A DNA stretch of 64,000 bases from Eledone cirrhosa. Taxonomy: Eukaryota. Below are positions 1-13,319 of the stretch, in pieces; the stretch's first letter is position 1, and each line of letters opens with the position of its first letter. The stretch lies in NCBI GenBank assembly GCA_964016885.1, contig OZ024741.1, positions 391,034,001 to 391,098,000 on the forward strand. The letters are read 5' to 3'. The translations under genes were made by a program, and so were the position numbers. The notes beneath the pieces were generated by a model. That model was given only the letters and a program-made list of their open reading frames with translations. It made no database searches and had not been told where the DNA came from.

Positions 1-254
1 CCCATGCTGTCAATAATGTTAGCAATAACATTGAACATTTAATTTTTGGAGTCCAGGATTGGTATGCCATGTTATATACCAAGATTACCGGAACAATGAC
101 ACAAACGGAAAAACTTGCATTTTCACAAATTAATGGTTTGCATAAGAGAAACCCTATAGTCTATGTTGGTTACCGACACATGGAAGCGATTAAAGATAAG
201 GATGATATTTTAGTAATTTGTTTCTAGGATATAATTACATAAATGTTCAAAATG

Positions 255-400
255 AGGACTACTAGGCAGTGGAGTAGAATTAAAGGGTGGTCAAAGGCAA
301 GATGGCGCGACGATTTGACCCGATACCTCGGCCCCACATAACCCAGTATGGCCAGAGATAGGAAGCATCAATTATGGAGGGTTCCTCCAACAGGAGTGAA
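255..400 (+). mobile_element. Decayed 3' end of an RTE-type LINE ORF
   Basis: Translates as ...KARWRDDLTRYLGPT*PSMARDR..., resembling RTE C-termini (RW.DD...A.DR). Confidence 0.5.
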
Positions 401-795
401 AAGTCCTTGGATTTGGATTTGGATTTGGCTTCAGTCATTGAACATTTGCTCTTTCATATTAGTGTGCGAGAGGAAGAAATACCCTTTCAGCGACTGAAAC
501 ACCATGTAGTCTCTAGATCTGCTAGAAATAGTAGATAAATCGTACACAATCAACACGTCTTACCACCTTTAATAAAAAAAAAATGGGATAAATTGGACAA
601 TGTGGTAGTTCTTTGGTATGGTCCCGTAACACCTGATGGAGTCGTAGGGGCGCCGTAGGGGAATACGGCATTTCTTGAGCATTTTAAGCCTGGCGAAGCC
701 CATACCTCTTCAGGTTTCAAGACAACAGATTTCTTCCATAGAAGGATAGAAAGTGAGAGAGAGAGGAAGCAAAAAAGAGATATAGAGGAAGAATC

Positions 796-928
796 TACCC
801 AGTACTTGACTGGTACTTATCAACCCAAAGTTGACCCCGACAGGATTTGAACTTAGGGAGCAGAGAGCCGGAACGATTACAACAAAGCACTCTATTCGAC
901 GTTCTAACGACTCTGCCAATTCGTCGCC
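796..928 (-). mobile_element. tRNA-derived SINE fragment (Octopus-type)
   Basis: Reverse strand GGCGACGAATTGGCAGAGTCGTTAG...AGTTCAAATCC...GTACCAGT; related copies at 1561, 19615, 40979, 44590. Confidence 0.65.
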
Positions 929-1135
929 TAGTAGTTCTATAAAAGAATTTTTAAAAAGCGTATTTCGTCATAAATTATCAGCAAATTCCTGGCGTTTCAT
1001 AGACATGTCCGAATTACGTTCGAATCTCGGTTGAAACAGCTTATGTTTTTTTGAGAAGGTACGATTGTATCAGCTTTCTATTTGTCTCTTCCCATCAAAC
1101 TCTTAAATTATAAGGGCTTTTGTGTTTAGTTGATA

Positions 1136-1280
1136 CTAGCAGAATGGCCCGGCGTTGTTCGGGATTTGCTCTAGGGTTCTTATATATTTGATGTTATTTA
1201 TCCTTATCGAGCCTCGTGAAATAAATACTTTTGTTTATATTTTGTTATTGTGCATGCAAAAATATCTGTACACGAATATA

Positions 1281-1352
<72 letters not shown>

Positions 1353-1925
1353 TAACAGATTAAAGTTTAAGCAAAGAATCGCTGCTTTCACCCTTAACGG
1401 GATCTTCTAAAACTAAAAAAAATCAATCTGTGAACGCAGAAGTAAATATTTCGAAAAACGTTACACACTATATAATATATATATATATACACACACTAAT
1501 ATATACATATATATACACACACACATATAGCGTTATAATGTCGTAATGCAGACAGCCAGACATTCTGAGTTCAAATCCCGCCGAGGTCAACTTTGCCTTT
1601 CATCCTTACGGGGTCGATAAAATAAAGTACCAGTAATGTACTGGGTAATTGCTGGCCTTGTGCCAAAAGTAGAAACAATTATAAGGGCGCAACGTTATAT
1701 CTATGTATCTATCTAAAAAGAAAGACTAAGAATTATAGAGAGAGATCGCTAAATCGCCTACTGCGGTCCCTAGGGCATTGAAAATTTGAAATTGTTTTTG
1801 CTCAAAACACTCACAGGACCATAGTATTATATGTATAAAGTTTAAAAACAATCGGTAGGGTGTTTCTCGAGTTTTAGTGATCTGACACACAGACAGACAG
1901 ACATTTTCTGTTTTAGATATATAGA
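1136..1925 (-). mobile_element. Non-autonomous Helitron
   Basis: Minus strand starts TCTATATATCTAAAACAGAAAATGTCTGTCTG and ends with hairpin CCCGAACAACGCCGGG + CTAG; ends and an internal segment match the element at 48792-50259. Confidence 0.7.
1561..1683 (+). mobile_element. SINE fragment nested in the Helitron
   Basis: GAGTTCAAATCC B-box then GGGGTCGATAAAATAAAGTACCAG body; near-identical to 41048-41140 and 19615-19703. Confidence 0.7.
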
Positions 1926-2964
1926 CAAGACGCTTCATGTAATACTGAGTTTGCAACACTGAGTTATTGCAATACATAGGTTGCACCTCACGGTACTTAT
2001 GTACCAGTGGCGAATTAATGTGTGGCGACTGGGCTGCAGCTAGAGAAGTCCAATGCTTAAAGAGCCTAAAATTAACGTTTTTGCCACCATAAATAATAGA
2101 CGGAAAAGCTCCCGATGAAATTTCCAGCCAGGGCTCCCATGCGAGCTTAATCAGTCCCTGCTACAAACAGCTAGGAAAATGGACAGTTGAGAGTATATTA
2201 CTTATATTTTACAGAAACAAAGCACATCACTTTCAATGAAATACCATCAAATCTTGTTGAATAAATAATAAAATTCAATAGTAAAATAAAATAAAATAAA
2301 AACAGAAGTGAAGCCAGTGCTAATATGCTTTATGTTTTTTTGTATGATCTGAAATGTGAATATTCAACGTTTCCTTTACTATATTGCAGCAAACAAAGGG
2401 AAGTCGCTGAAGCCACGGTAATATTCACTCAATATACATTCGTGACTGCTTAATTTATCATAATGCCTGTGGATATACTGTGAAATGCTTCCTTTCATTG
2501 GAAAAAACGATATGGTAAGAGGCCTTTTCTTCCATTATTAAACGAGAAAGAAAATAAGGAATGGAACAAGAAAACAATGCAATGAAACAAAAAAAAATAA
2601 AACAAAATGAAGCAAGAATGACTCTCTAAAACATTTATAGCCTCCATTACTTGCTGAATAAATAAAGGTTTCATGAAACTGTAAATCATAAAGTGAAAGA
2701 AATAGGCATCTTTGTTATGCTTAAAGCAATAAAGCTCGGAAATAATACGATATTTCCGACTGTAAAATGGATGAATTATAGGATAGTTTCAGCCACAGAT
2801 TCACTACTGAACTAATTGAAAACAAACAATAGACAACCTAATGCGCAACTGAATGTAATTCGCTTTTCAATTCAGTTGTTATTCTCGTTCAAGAAATTCA
2901 TTAACAAACTGAAGTCCAGTCAACGTATTGGTAATAAAATGTTCTATATAAAGGTTCAACTATA

Positions 2965-3135
2965 TCCAGCCATTACCACGTGGAATGGACCTCCATCGTT
3001 TTCGACGGTGAGTGTTCCTGTTTGGGATATTAACGTAGTTGATCACTCGACTGACACGTGTACCCTTAATTCTGAAGGATATTTAGCGCGACATAATATG
3101 TGATAAGGTTGGTAATTTGAATTACAAGTGCAGTA
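2965..3135 (+). mobile_element. Probable SINE body fragment (second family)
   Basis: GACACGTGTACCCTTAA...GTGATAAGGTTGG...TTTGAATTACAAGT resembles cephalopod SINE bodies from memory; not repeated in the window. Confidence 0.35.
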
Positions 3136-3540
3136 AAGTAAAGCAGAAATCTGCATTAAAATAACTTTAATGTTTAAAAACTTGATTTACTGACTGCTCT
3201 AATTCAATTTTTAACATGTCTTGGACTTTGATCATTTTGTTTTTCATTTGGGTTTCATTGCATATTGCCCACCTGCATTCCCAATGTACTCCTCCAACTG
3301 TTAATCAAAGTATAGCACCTCCCTCCACGAAGAGAAAGGTTTGAATGAAGTAAACTCAATCTGACTAATTTATTATTTGATATCGAAACAGATTAAGCTT
3401 AGCCACCGGGCAAAAAATATCTATGATATCTATTCTTCACTTTCCATATATATAGAGTATTACATTTATTAACGGCCTTACTCGTCTTAACTACTAACAC
3501 ACACACACGCACGCACGCACCCCCCCACACACATACACAT

Positions 3541-3571
<31 letters not shown>

Positions 3572-4124
3572 CTAGCTGACGTACCCAGCTTTGCCTGGGT
3601 AAACAGATGATAAGAGAAGACAGGTAGAAGAGAAAATGACTGTATTGGATGTTAGTCAGGTGTACAGTTTGACGCGAGACTGTGGTGTGTGAGTGTTACA
3701 GAAAAATAAACAGTAAAAAAAATCTTCCAGATACACCAGATTCTTTGTTTTACCGTTCATGCATAGTATATGAAGATTTATAGGTGTTTCCACTTGTGAA
3801 CAACCTACATATAACTGTCCATGGATAAAAAGCGATTTTCTTGTATTTAATTCTACAACTTTGAAACTCCGAGCCTGAGCGTTATTTATAGTCATAGCAA
3901 AACTGAAGTCTTGAAAACTTGAATGGCAGCTCAGTAGATGAAGGGATAAGAGGAATCTTGGGAATAAATGCATTTTCTCCTTGATGATTGCCTCCAAGAA
4001 TAGTGACTTCAGGAGATGATTCATCATCATCCTAGCTGTAAAGTGTGTGCTATTGCATAGAAGGAGCGAGTCCACGTTTCTCAAAAGGATGATGGAATTT
4101 CCAATATTTTTTATTATATGTAGA
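3572..4124 (-). mobile_element. Helitron remnant with a Pif1-like helicase C-terminal fragment
   Basis: FAMTINNAQARSFKVV...HGQLYVGCSQV...GKTKNLVY (helicase motifs V/VI); 3' hairpin ACCCAGGCAAAGCTGGGT + CTAG; 5' TC. Confidence 0.8.
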
Positions 4125-4157
4125 TATAAATATATATATATAGATAATTGTATATAA

Positions 4158-4235
<78 letters not shown>

Positions 4236-4268
4236 GCGTGCGCACGCATGTGTGTATGTGTGTGTCAA

Positions 4269-4336
4269 CATTTTTTTCAATATTTTTTCAATATTTTTTC
4301 AATATTTTTTCAATATTTTTTCAATATTTTTCAATA
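4269..4336. repeat. Short tandem repeat (TTTTTTCAATA)n, about 6 copies
   Basis: Directly visible. Confidence 0.9.
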
Positions 4337-4630
4337 GATTAATAACCACTAGCTGATTCTGGCTAAATGTATATTAAACATCCATACTTATTTTGACTAA
4401 ATAGTCTCACACTAACGAATAAATAAATAAAATCGGAGTTTTTTTCCTTATCTTCCCCTTTCAATCATATAAATATAAATATTATTACTTAACTCAGTTA
4501 ATTTAATTTAATTTAATTTAATTTAATTTTAAATCATTCTCAATTTTAAATACATATTTATTTATATAAAATACAAAACCAATATCCTCATAACTCATTA
4601 GAACAACTATCTATAACATGATATACCCAT

Positions 4631-4665
<35 letters not shown>

Positions 4666-5115
4666 TCTACTTAAAACAGAAGAAAAACATCCCTCGTAAC
4701 TCATTATATTATAAACAAATTTTAAACAACTAATAATCGTAAAATATCCTTTTAATATAAATACACATACTATTAAAATATATACTTACATATATACATA
4801 GATAATTGTTCGAATATATTTCCCTCAAATTAACGTTATATGAGCTTTTCATTCATCTTCACTTTTTTCCTTCTTCTCTCTCTCACTATTTTGTCCTTTT
4901 CCTCTTCTCTCTTCTCTCTCTCACTATTATATATTATATATATAAACTCTCCATAGTCGTTTAAATAAACGGTTGCTTTTCAATTATTTACATATTCATT
5001 TGCATATTCACCCATAAGTTTGAAAAATCCATAATACATTTCCACTATCCAGAGAATATCCAACTGATAAGGTATGTCTTTCCTGGGTATGACTCTATTT
5101 ATAAAACAAACTTTG

Positions 5116-5178
5116 TATTTTATCTGAAGAAAGCGTACCAAAGTGTTTTGGTACCCTTGAAATATATATAATAAAATA
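5116..5178 (+). ncRNA. Type I hammerhead ribozyme motif at the end of a PLE-like 3' region
   Basis: TATTTTAT-CTGAAGA-stem II (GTACCA/TGGTAC)-GAAA-TATATA-TA-ATAAAATA; stem I pairs perfectly; related motifs at 26312, 27633, 40260(-), 51724. Confidence 0.75.
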
Positions 5179-5217
5179 AATATGGTTTTATAAATATAGT
5201 TTCCATTTATTTAATAT

Positions 5218-5278
<61 letters not shown>

Positions 5279-5371
5279 AAGTAGAAGTTGACGTGATTAG
5301 CATGAGTTTCACTACTGGTAACAGTTGCATCTCAGCGTACTCAATTAGGTAATGAATGTATGTATAGTATA

Positions 5372-6045
5372 TTTGGCTGATGAACGCCAACCAGCGTGAA
5401 ACAGACTGTCAGCTTCTCTCCCTTCTTTCGCCCAAAAGAAGTAAGTGACACAGTCACTACTTTAAAACTGATAGCGTAAGGTCTTCTAAATGTTTTTAAT
5501 TAAATATATGGTATATTACCAAATATACTATATTCATGTATACTATATTCAAATATACTATATTCATGTATACATCGCTATTTCAGAGCACCAATCCTAA
5601 TACATAATTTTTGCTGGACCGGCAATCGCTCTGTATAATCAGTTCTTGATTATTACTGGAATTCTATAAGAATCCAGCTCCTATAACTTTCGACGGAAAC
5701 AGGGAAGTGCGTGGCTCTGATGAACGCCAACTAACGTGAAACAGACTGTGAGCTTCTCTCCCTTCTTTCGCCGAAAAGAAGTAATTGACATAGGCACTAC
5801 TTTAAAAATGAAATCATTTAGAAGACCTTGCGCTATCATTTTTAAAGTAGTGCCTATGTCAATTACTTCTTTTCGGCGAAAGAAGGGAGAGAAGCTCACA
5901 GTCTGTTTCATGTTAGTTGGCGTTCATCAGAGCCACGCACTTCCCTGCTTCCGTCGACAGTTATAGGAGATGGATTCTTATAGAATTCCAGTAATAATTA
6001 AGAACTGATTATACAGAGCGATTGCCGGTCCAGCAAAAATTATAT
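5372..6045. mobile_element. Retrozyme-like hammerhead repeat: tandem ~340-bp units plus an inverted arm
   Basis: CTGATGA at 5377 and 5717 (period 340), GAAACAGACTGTC; palindrome ~5606-6043; same family at 37451-37900 and 39745-40200. Confidence 0.7.
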
Positions 6046-6067
6046 ATATTTGGCTACATGTTACTAC

Positions 6068-6189
<122 letters not shown>

Positions 6190-6243
6190 AAAATGTGGAG
6201 AGGAAGCACACGAGTTAGGGTATATATATATATATATATATAT

Positions 6244-6810
6244 ATGAAAACAGGGAGAAAGAGACGATTATTAGGAAGAAAAATATATTTTTTTCCTTTT
6301 TATTTCTTTCTCTCCTTTTTTCTGGGTTAGAAAATGATTAAAACGAAATATTTTACTTTGTGTGAAGTGTTAAGGTATTAGTTGATTTATTTATTAATTA
6401 ACAATGGCGTTTATTTATCTATTTCTATATTTAATAATTGTCTATTACCCTTTTTTTCTTTTTTCTTTTTTCTTTTCACTTCATAAACCTTGTTTGTAAA
6501 TAACATTATTCTTTCTCCACCATTTCTTTAACATGTCCAACACCACCATTCTACACCAATACATATCACTATCATTTGATAATGCATAAAAATGCTGAAA
6601 CCGGTAATAGACAATTATTAAATATATAAATAAATAAATAAATGCCATTGTTAATTAATAAATAAATCAACAAATACCTTAACACTTCACACAAAGTAAA
6701 ATATTTCGTTTTAATCATTTTCTAACCCAGAAAAAAGAGAGAAATAAATAAAAAGGAAAAAAAAAAGATTTTCTTCCTAATAATTGTCTCTTTCTCCCTG
6801 TTTTCATATA
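6244..6810. mobile_element. PLE-type inverted terminal insertion in (TA)n with a hammerhead motif
   Basis: ~205-bp inverted arms 6244-6449 and 6603-6810; TTGATAA-stem-GAAA-CCGG-TA at 6576-6606. Confidence 0.7.
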
Positions 6811-6919
6811 TATATATTATATACATGTTACTACCCAATATATATATATATATAACAGTTTCTTAAAATTTTCTTAAAATCCCAACTAACAGACGCCTTA
6901 TTTGGCTACATGTTACTAC

Positions 6920-6987
<68 letters not shown>

Positions 6988-6992
<5 letters not shown>

Positions 6993-7870
6993 ATATTTGG
7001 GGAGGGTCATATTTGCGTAATATTGCCAGAATTAATAACAGAATACACTCACTGTTTGGTTGGTTTTCGCTTCTCGCTGTCTTTTATATATATATATCTG
7101 CGATCTAACTTACTCGGTCCTCAATGTTGCCATTGACTGACCGGCGGTCAAAAATAAAATAATACAGATACAATATAGACAAACACATATATATATAGTT
7201 TACATAAATCTTTCGTTGCACATCTGCTAAAGCTAAACAGAAAGAATGAGTGGAACAACAACAACAACAACACCCAAACAAACAACACTGACCTAAGAGA
7301 AGTATAAATAAATAAGTAAATTAAATTAAATAAAATAAGATAAATAAATACATACACAAGCACATAAACACACACTAGTCACCCAGCAGACACAACACTA
7401 TACACACTAGTCACACATCACACACGCAAACGCATGCGCAAAGAAGACAAAATAAAATAAGATAAACAAACAAGCAAACAAATAAATAAATATATAGACG
7501 GACTGAACAAAAAAAAAAAAAAAAAAAATGGCGTAGACATACAACACAACAGGAGGAACAATGAATATAACACCACTGACGATGTTGCAGATGTGCAACG
7601 AAAGATTTATGTAAACTATATATATATGTGTTTGTCTATATTGTATCTGTATTATTTTATTTTTGACCGCCGGTCAGTCAATGGCAACATTGAGGACCGA
7701 GTAAGTTAGATCGCAGATATATATATATAAAAGACAGCGAGAAGCGAAAACCAACCAAACAGTGAGTGTGTTCTGTTATTAATTCTGGCAATATTACGCA
7801 AATATGACCCTCCCCAAATATAACAATATCTGTTTCGACACACGATTTCATATAAAAAACCTCGCAAAAC
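6988..7870. mobile_element. PLE 3' fragment with an inverted pseudo-LTR (family of 23940-25145)
   Basis: Inverted arm 6988-7227; direct arm starts in the ORF end KLNRKNEWNN; hammerhead CTGACGA..GAAA at 7576. Confidence 0.8.
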
Positions 7871-8029
7871 TATATATATATATATATATATATATATTGG
7901 GTAGTATATATATATATATTGGGTAGTAACATGTAACCAAAATAAGGCATCTGTTATATTGGGTAGTATATATATATGGCAAGTAAGTATGTTTTGAAAC
8001 AGTGAGCAGGTTTGAAATTAGAAAATATA

Positions 8030-8198
8030 TAGCTTTCACCGTATTTTTGACTAAAGGAATTTTAGCCTGATAATGAGGTTTAGAACCCTCAGATAAATGG
8101 AAAAAGATGAGTATACTCATCTTTTTCCATTTATCTGAGGGTTCTAAACCCCATTATCAGGCTAAAATTCCTTTAGTCAAAATACGGTGAAAGCTATA
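8030..8198. repeat. Near-perfect palindrome of a (TA)n-associated repeat
   Basis: Centre GAGTATACTC at ~8110-8119; same sequence at 9960-10065. Confidence 0.85.
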
Positions 8199-8211
8199 TA
8201 TATAAATACTA

Positions 8212-8253
<42 letters not shown>

Positions 8254-8295
8254 TACCCAATATAACAAACGCCTTATTTGGCTACATGTTACTAC

Positions 8296-8332
<37 letters not shown>

Positions 8333-8379
8333 TACCCAATATATATATATATACAACCCAATATACATATATATACTAC

Positions 8380-8420
<41 letters not shown>

Positions 8421-8423
<3 letters not shown>

Positions 8424-8609
8424 AACGAGTAGGACCCCGACGTCTGAGCTCAAGCCGTTTCGACGGCTAATTCTGGACTAATTAGCCGTCGAAACGGCTT
8501 GAGCTCAGCCGTCGGGGTCCTACTCGTTCCTATTACCCACTCTACTACCCTAAGTATTGAGTACTTTGGTGCATTATGGTCCACCTGGTTCGTTACCACA
8601 TTTCCTTCG

Positions 8610-8612
<3 letters not shown>
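8421..8612 (+). mobile_element. Mini-insertion of the PLE terminal module (family of 28998-37430)
   Basis: Inverted arm 8421-8480 plus direct arm ending TTCCTTCGTTA-(TA)n. Confidence 0.9.
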
Positions 8613-8654
<42 letters not shown>

Positions 8655-8658
<4 letters not shown>

Positions 8659-8845
8659 GTAGTAACATGTAGCCAAATAAGGCGTCTGTTAGTTGGGATT
8701 TTAAGAAACCCTCTGAGTGGAAAAAGGATTACTATTGACGTACATGGGACCCGAATCCACATCCTTTGGTTTGCCGGTCCAATGTGTTACCATTACACCA
8801 ACATGCCACCCATGCTTCCTTCCATTCAATTAGAAGCTATATAAC
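8655..8845 (-). mobile_element. (TA)n-abutting repeat end containing a decayed tRNA-like module (8736-8807)
   Basis: A-box TGGTGTAATGG, B-box-like GGATTCGGGTCC and an imperfect cloverleaf; terminus TACATGTTACTACCCAA-(TA)n recurs at 6050, 6823, 6900, 7920, 8280. Confidence 0.6.
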
Positions 8846-8851
8846 CATAGC

Positions 8852-9220
<369 letters not shown>

Positions 9221-9265
9221 GTGTATGTGTTTGTATATATGTGTATATATATGTGTGTGTACGTG

Positions 9266-9312
<47 letters not shown>

Positions 9313-9469
9313 ATAGATGTACGTATGTATGTATATATATATATATATATATATATACATACGTATATATATGTGTGTGTGTGTATGCATGAGAGCGTGT
9401 GTGTGCGTGCGTGTATATGTATATATGTATGTGTGTATATATATATGTGTGTATATGTATCTTTATATG

Positions 9470-9525
<56 letters not shown>

Positions 9526-9528
<3 letters not shown>

Positions 9529-9704
9529 CGAAGGAAATGTGGTAAGGAACCAGGTGGACCATAACGCACCAAAGTACTCAATACTTAGGGTAGTAGAGTG
9601 GGTAATAGGAACGAGTAGGACCCCGACGGCTGAGCTCAAGCCGTTTCAAGTCCAGAATTAGCCGTCGAAACGGCTTGAGCTCAGCTGTCGGGGTCCTACT
9701 CGTT

Positions 9705-9708
<4 letters not shown>
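9526..9708 (-). mobile_element. Mini-insertion of the PLE terminal module, opposite orientation
   Basis: Long end on the left, short end (TTCCTAT) on the right; junction ~9648. Confidence 0.9.
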
Positions 9709-9757
<49 letters not shown>

Positions 9758-10074
9758 GTGTGTGTATGTGTGTATGTGTGTATCTGTATATGTATGTGTG
9801 TATATATATATAAACATATATATGGGCTACCATGACACCAATACACATCCCATCTCCTTCCATTCGAATTAGAAGCTATGAACTTAGCAAGTGAATGATA
9901 AACAAGCAAATTAATAACGTAAACATGTAAATATGTTTTTGAAACGGTGCGCGAGTTTGAAATTAGAAATTAGAAAATATAAGCTTTCACCGTATTTTAG
10001 ACTAACAAAATTTCTAGCCTGATAGTGGGGTTTATAACCCTCGGAGAAATGGAAAAAGATGAGTGTTGCCGTAC

Positions 10075-11272
10075 ATGGCTTTAAAAATGCCGCATTAGCT
10101 AATACAACGTCCTTGGCTGATACAATTAATAATTATAGAAAGAAGAACATCGATTACAACCTGACCTGGAGAGTGCTCAAAAGGGCCACCCCTTATCAAA
10201 ATAGCAGATACGAGTTTAGGTTATGCTCCCAGGAACTTTTTGAAATCATGAAATCTAAGGATATCCTATTAAATAAGCGGCAGGAATTAATTTTATCTTG
10301 CAATCATAGAATTAGAAGAACCTTCAAATATTATAAACCTGATTAATATACACCTTACTCTTATATTTTACATATTATTATAATTGTTTTTTTAAATTTA
10401 GTTAACCTATAATTATTATTTATTACAGAGAACTTCATATTTTTATTTCCCTCTTACAGCTCTCTTTTCCTAAAATTATTTTTAACCACACTACTTCATT
10501 TAATCGCATCCCCTATTTATCACATTTAATACCTATGATTATTAAATATAATTAATATCTTTAATATCTCAAATGTCCGTATAGATACAATACTCTTTAT
10601 AAACATTTTTATCTACTTCAGTTTTTCCATATATTTATCTTTTATTGTTTTAATTTCTTACTTCTTTATTTATCACATTCATATGAATTAATATAAATTT
10701 ATCCCTATAAGTATACCTATCAATTAATTTAATTTCTTGTTATATATCTAAATTCCTTGTGGTTTAAATATGATAGGTATTTCTCACTAATACCCTTACC
10801 CTAAAATTTTATTTTCCTTCGTTTTTAACAATATTCTTTAATAACATCAAATTTTCGTGTACCCTTCACTATCTTCTTGACTTGACCTCTTTTCAGCCCC
10901 AAAGTATTCTTTTCATTCAAAACATAAGTCTGCACTCCCCTACCCCTACCCCTAGATTTAATTTCTACTACTGTTATTCTATCAACTTGACCTCTAACTA
11001 CTTTTCTATTGGTCAATTCAAAACCTGTTCCCAAACAGACCCTTTATATTAATTCCTTGTTTTTTTCAATAAACACACCTCATCATTTCTGAGGACGGCA
11101 TGTATATGTGAAGGTATGTATATTTCCTCTGATAATTTGTAATATTTTTACATAGATCTATATAATATACATACCAACACACATATACATCCCAGAAACG
11201 ATCGTAAAATGATGATTTTTTTAATATAAGGAACTTGTTCTTTGTTTTTATTTCATTGTTTTTATTAATTTA
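10075..11272 (+). mobile_element. 5'-truncated PLE: GIY-YIG C-terminus, 3' UTR and hammerhead
   Basis: ...TWRVLKRA...LCSQE...LLNKRQELILSCNHRIRRTFKYYKPD*, homologous to 55187-55567; hammerhead 11081-11214 (CTGAGGA...GAAACGATCGTA, stem I CATCATTT/AAATGATG). Confidence 0.85.
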
Positions 11273-11655
11273 TATATATATATATACATATATATTTATC
11301 GAGACAAAAAGCAGGCTTTGTTTACAAACGGCTAGCGAATTTGAAAATTAGGTAGTAACATGTGCTTACGCCGTATTTGACCTAATATATATATATATAT
11401 ATACTTACATTTATGTAGTCTGCTAGGCTAGATCTTGAAATATAATTCTAACTTTGTTTTTAATTTTCGGCAAGGCCAGCCGTAAAGTCGCTCGGTATGC
11501 AAATGAGGCCAGTCATGTATACTTTAGAAAATACTATATATTTTCAACTGTTCAATCGAGTAGCATGATGAAGGGTAATGACCCAGAAACATGTTGATTG
11601 TTCTTCGATGCTACTGTTGAAAAAACGGATGGCGACAGCCATCAGGGCTCCCATT

Positions 11656-11695
11656 CTCTACTATCCTTTGAGCTTTGTATATTTAGTTTTACATT

Positions 11696-11743
<48 letters not shown>

Positions 11744-11879
11744 AAAAAAAGATGAAATCGAAAATGCAACTGGAGTCTTATTTAAAAAGAAATATATATA
11801 TTTATTTGGTTCCTTTCCCGGTTTCGCAGTTCTGCTTTTCAAAAGTAGAGTTGAGATGGAGGGTCTGTGGTTTTTCTCA

Positions 11880-11968
<89 letters not shown>

Positions 11969-12011
11969 CAAATGTAAAACTAAATATACAAAGCTGAAAG
12001 GAAAGTAGAGA
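11656..12011. repeat. Inverted arms (~45 bp) enclosing a nested PLE-end fragment (11740-11875)
   Basis: 11656-11698 is the reverse complement of 11968-12011; nested fragment matches 26437-26565. Confidence 0.7.
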
Positions 12012-12656
12012 ATTATATATGATAATATATAACTGCTACGTCTTTTCAGAATTACCTCAATATATTTATATATTTTATAGGTTTGAAGAGGAAGAAGCTT
12101 TTAGCTTTTTAGAAATAAAAGTTTTGGAAATGCAAACATAAACACGGAGCAAATATAATCAAGTATGTAGATGGAAGAAATAGCTTTTAAATCTTATTTA
12201 ATTCTTTAAACATGTTTCAAGAGATTTGTACATCCAATTATTCGAATAATGTTATGTGGCAATTCGTACAATGGATATCTATACATAAGCAATGCTATAT
12301 AGATATAGATGTACTTCCCACCCTCAGACGAATAAAAACAACAACAAAATATTACATAGAAGCAAAATGTCTCCGAAATACAATTTATACTTTAGGCAGG
12401 ATGGAGGATCTTAGAAAGCGAGCATAGCGTTCTACAATAAAGGTAAATATTAAACTTATGAATAGCGACATGCAGAAAAACAGTTAAAGCTATTACTGTT
12501 GATGATAAACGGTTATTAATGTTATCAATATTATGATATTACCATAAATTGTATTTAACTTTTAAATTTTAATATTGTTTATAAACAGCGGAACTTAGAA
12601 TATATTTGTTGTTTAATATTATTGTTAAAACTGTAGATTGTGGGCCTTTTTCTCTC

Positions 12657-12693
<37 letters not shown>

Positions 12694-12794
12694 TACGCAC
12701 GCGCTCACATATATTGTTTGGCTCACTTTTTAGTGTCGATTATATCAAATCCTATTCAGTTAAAGATAAAAATATCAAAGCATGTACTACTTAC

Positions 12795-13020
12795 ATCCAT
12801 GTAATCTATTTTAGTATTAAACATGACGTGTTTTTGTCCTAGTTCATACAACATAGCTTCAAGTTTTTCAGGTTCGTCCAGTCTAGCAATAACCTTCTCA
12901 ACTGTCCGCATTACTTGTAAACCGTGTTCCCGCAACCGGTCATTATTACGAAGATCCTCAAGACTTTGACCTTTGAATGGTATAAATATATCTTGGACAT
13001 CTGGGTATTTTTCGAATAAT
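12795..13020 (-). CDS. Globin coding exon 2 (helices B12-G6), globin X/neuroglobin-like
   Basis: ttcttacAG acceptor and GTAAGT donor; LFEKYPDVQDIFIPF (CD1 Phe), REHGLQVM (E7 His), LGQKHVMF (F8 His); 226 nt, phase 2 to phase 0. Confidence 0.93.
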
Positions 13021-13319
13021 CTGTAAGAAGGCGAAATCAAACAAATAAAGTATAAACAAACACACGAAGAGACAAATAAGAATAAGATACACCAATACAG
13101 CTACACATATGTGTAGTGGCATTTTATTTTGATTGTTGATCAAATGTGTGGTTGTATTGTTGATTAGATTGGTCTGTTGTTGTTTGAGAAATGTCAAGTA
13201 TTGGCTTCAATGCTCATTCCCATATAAAGCGTCGTGTGTGCTTCTCAGTAATTCGAGACGTATGGCTGCCATAGCCAGTAGTGAATGAACAATAAAAAAA
13301 GCCACTACTTAAATAATAT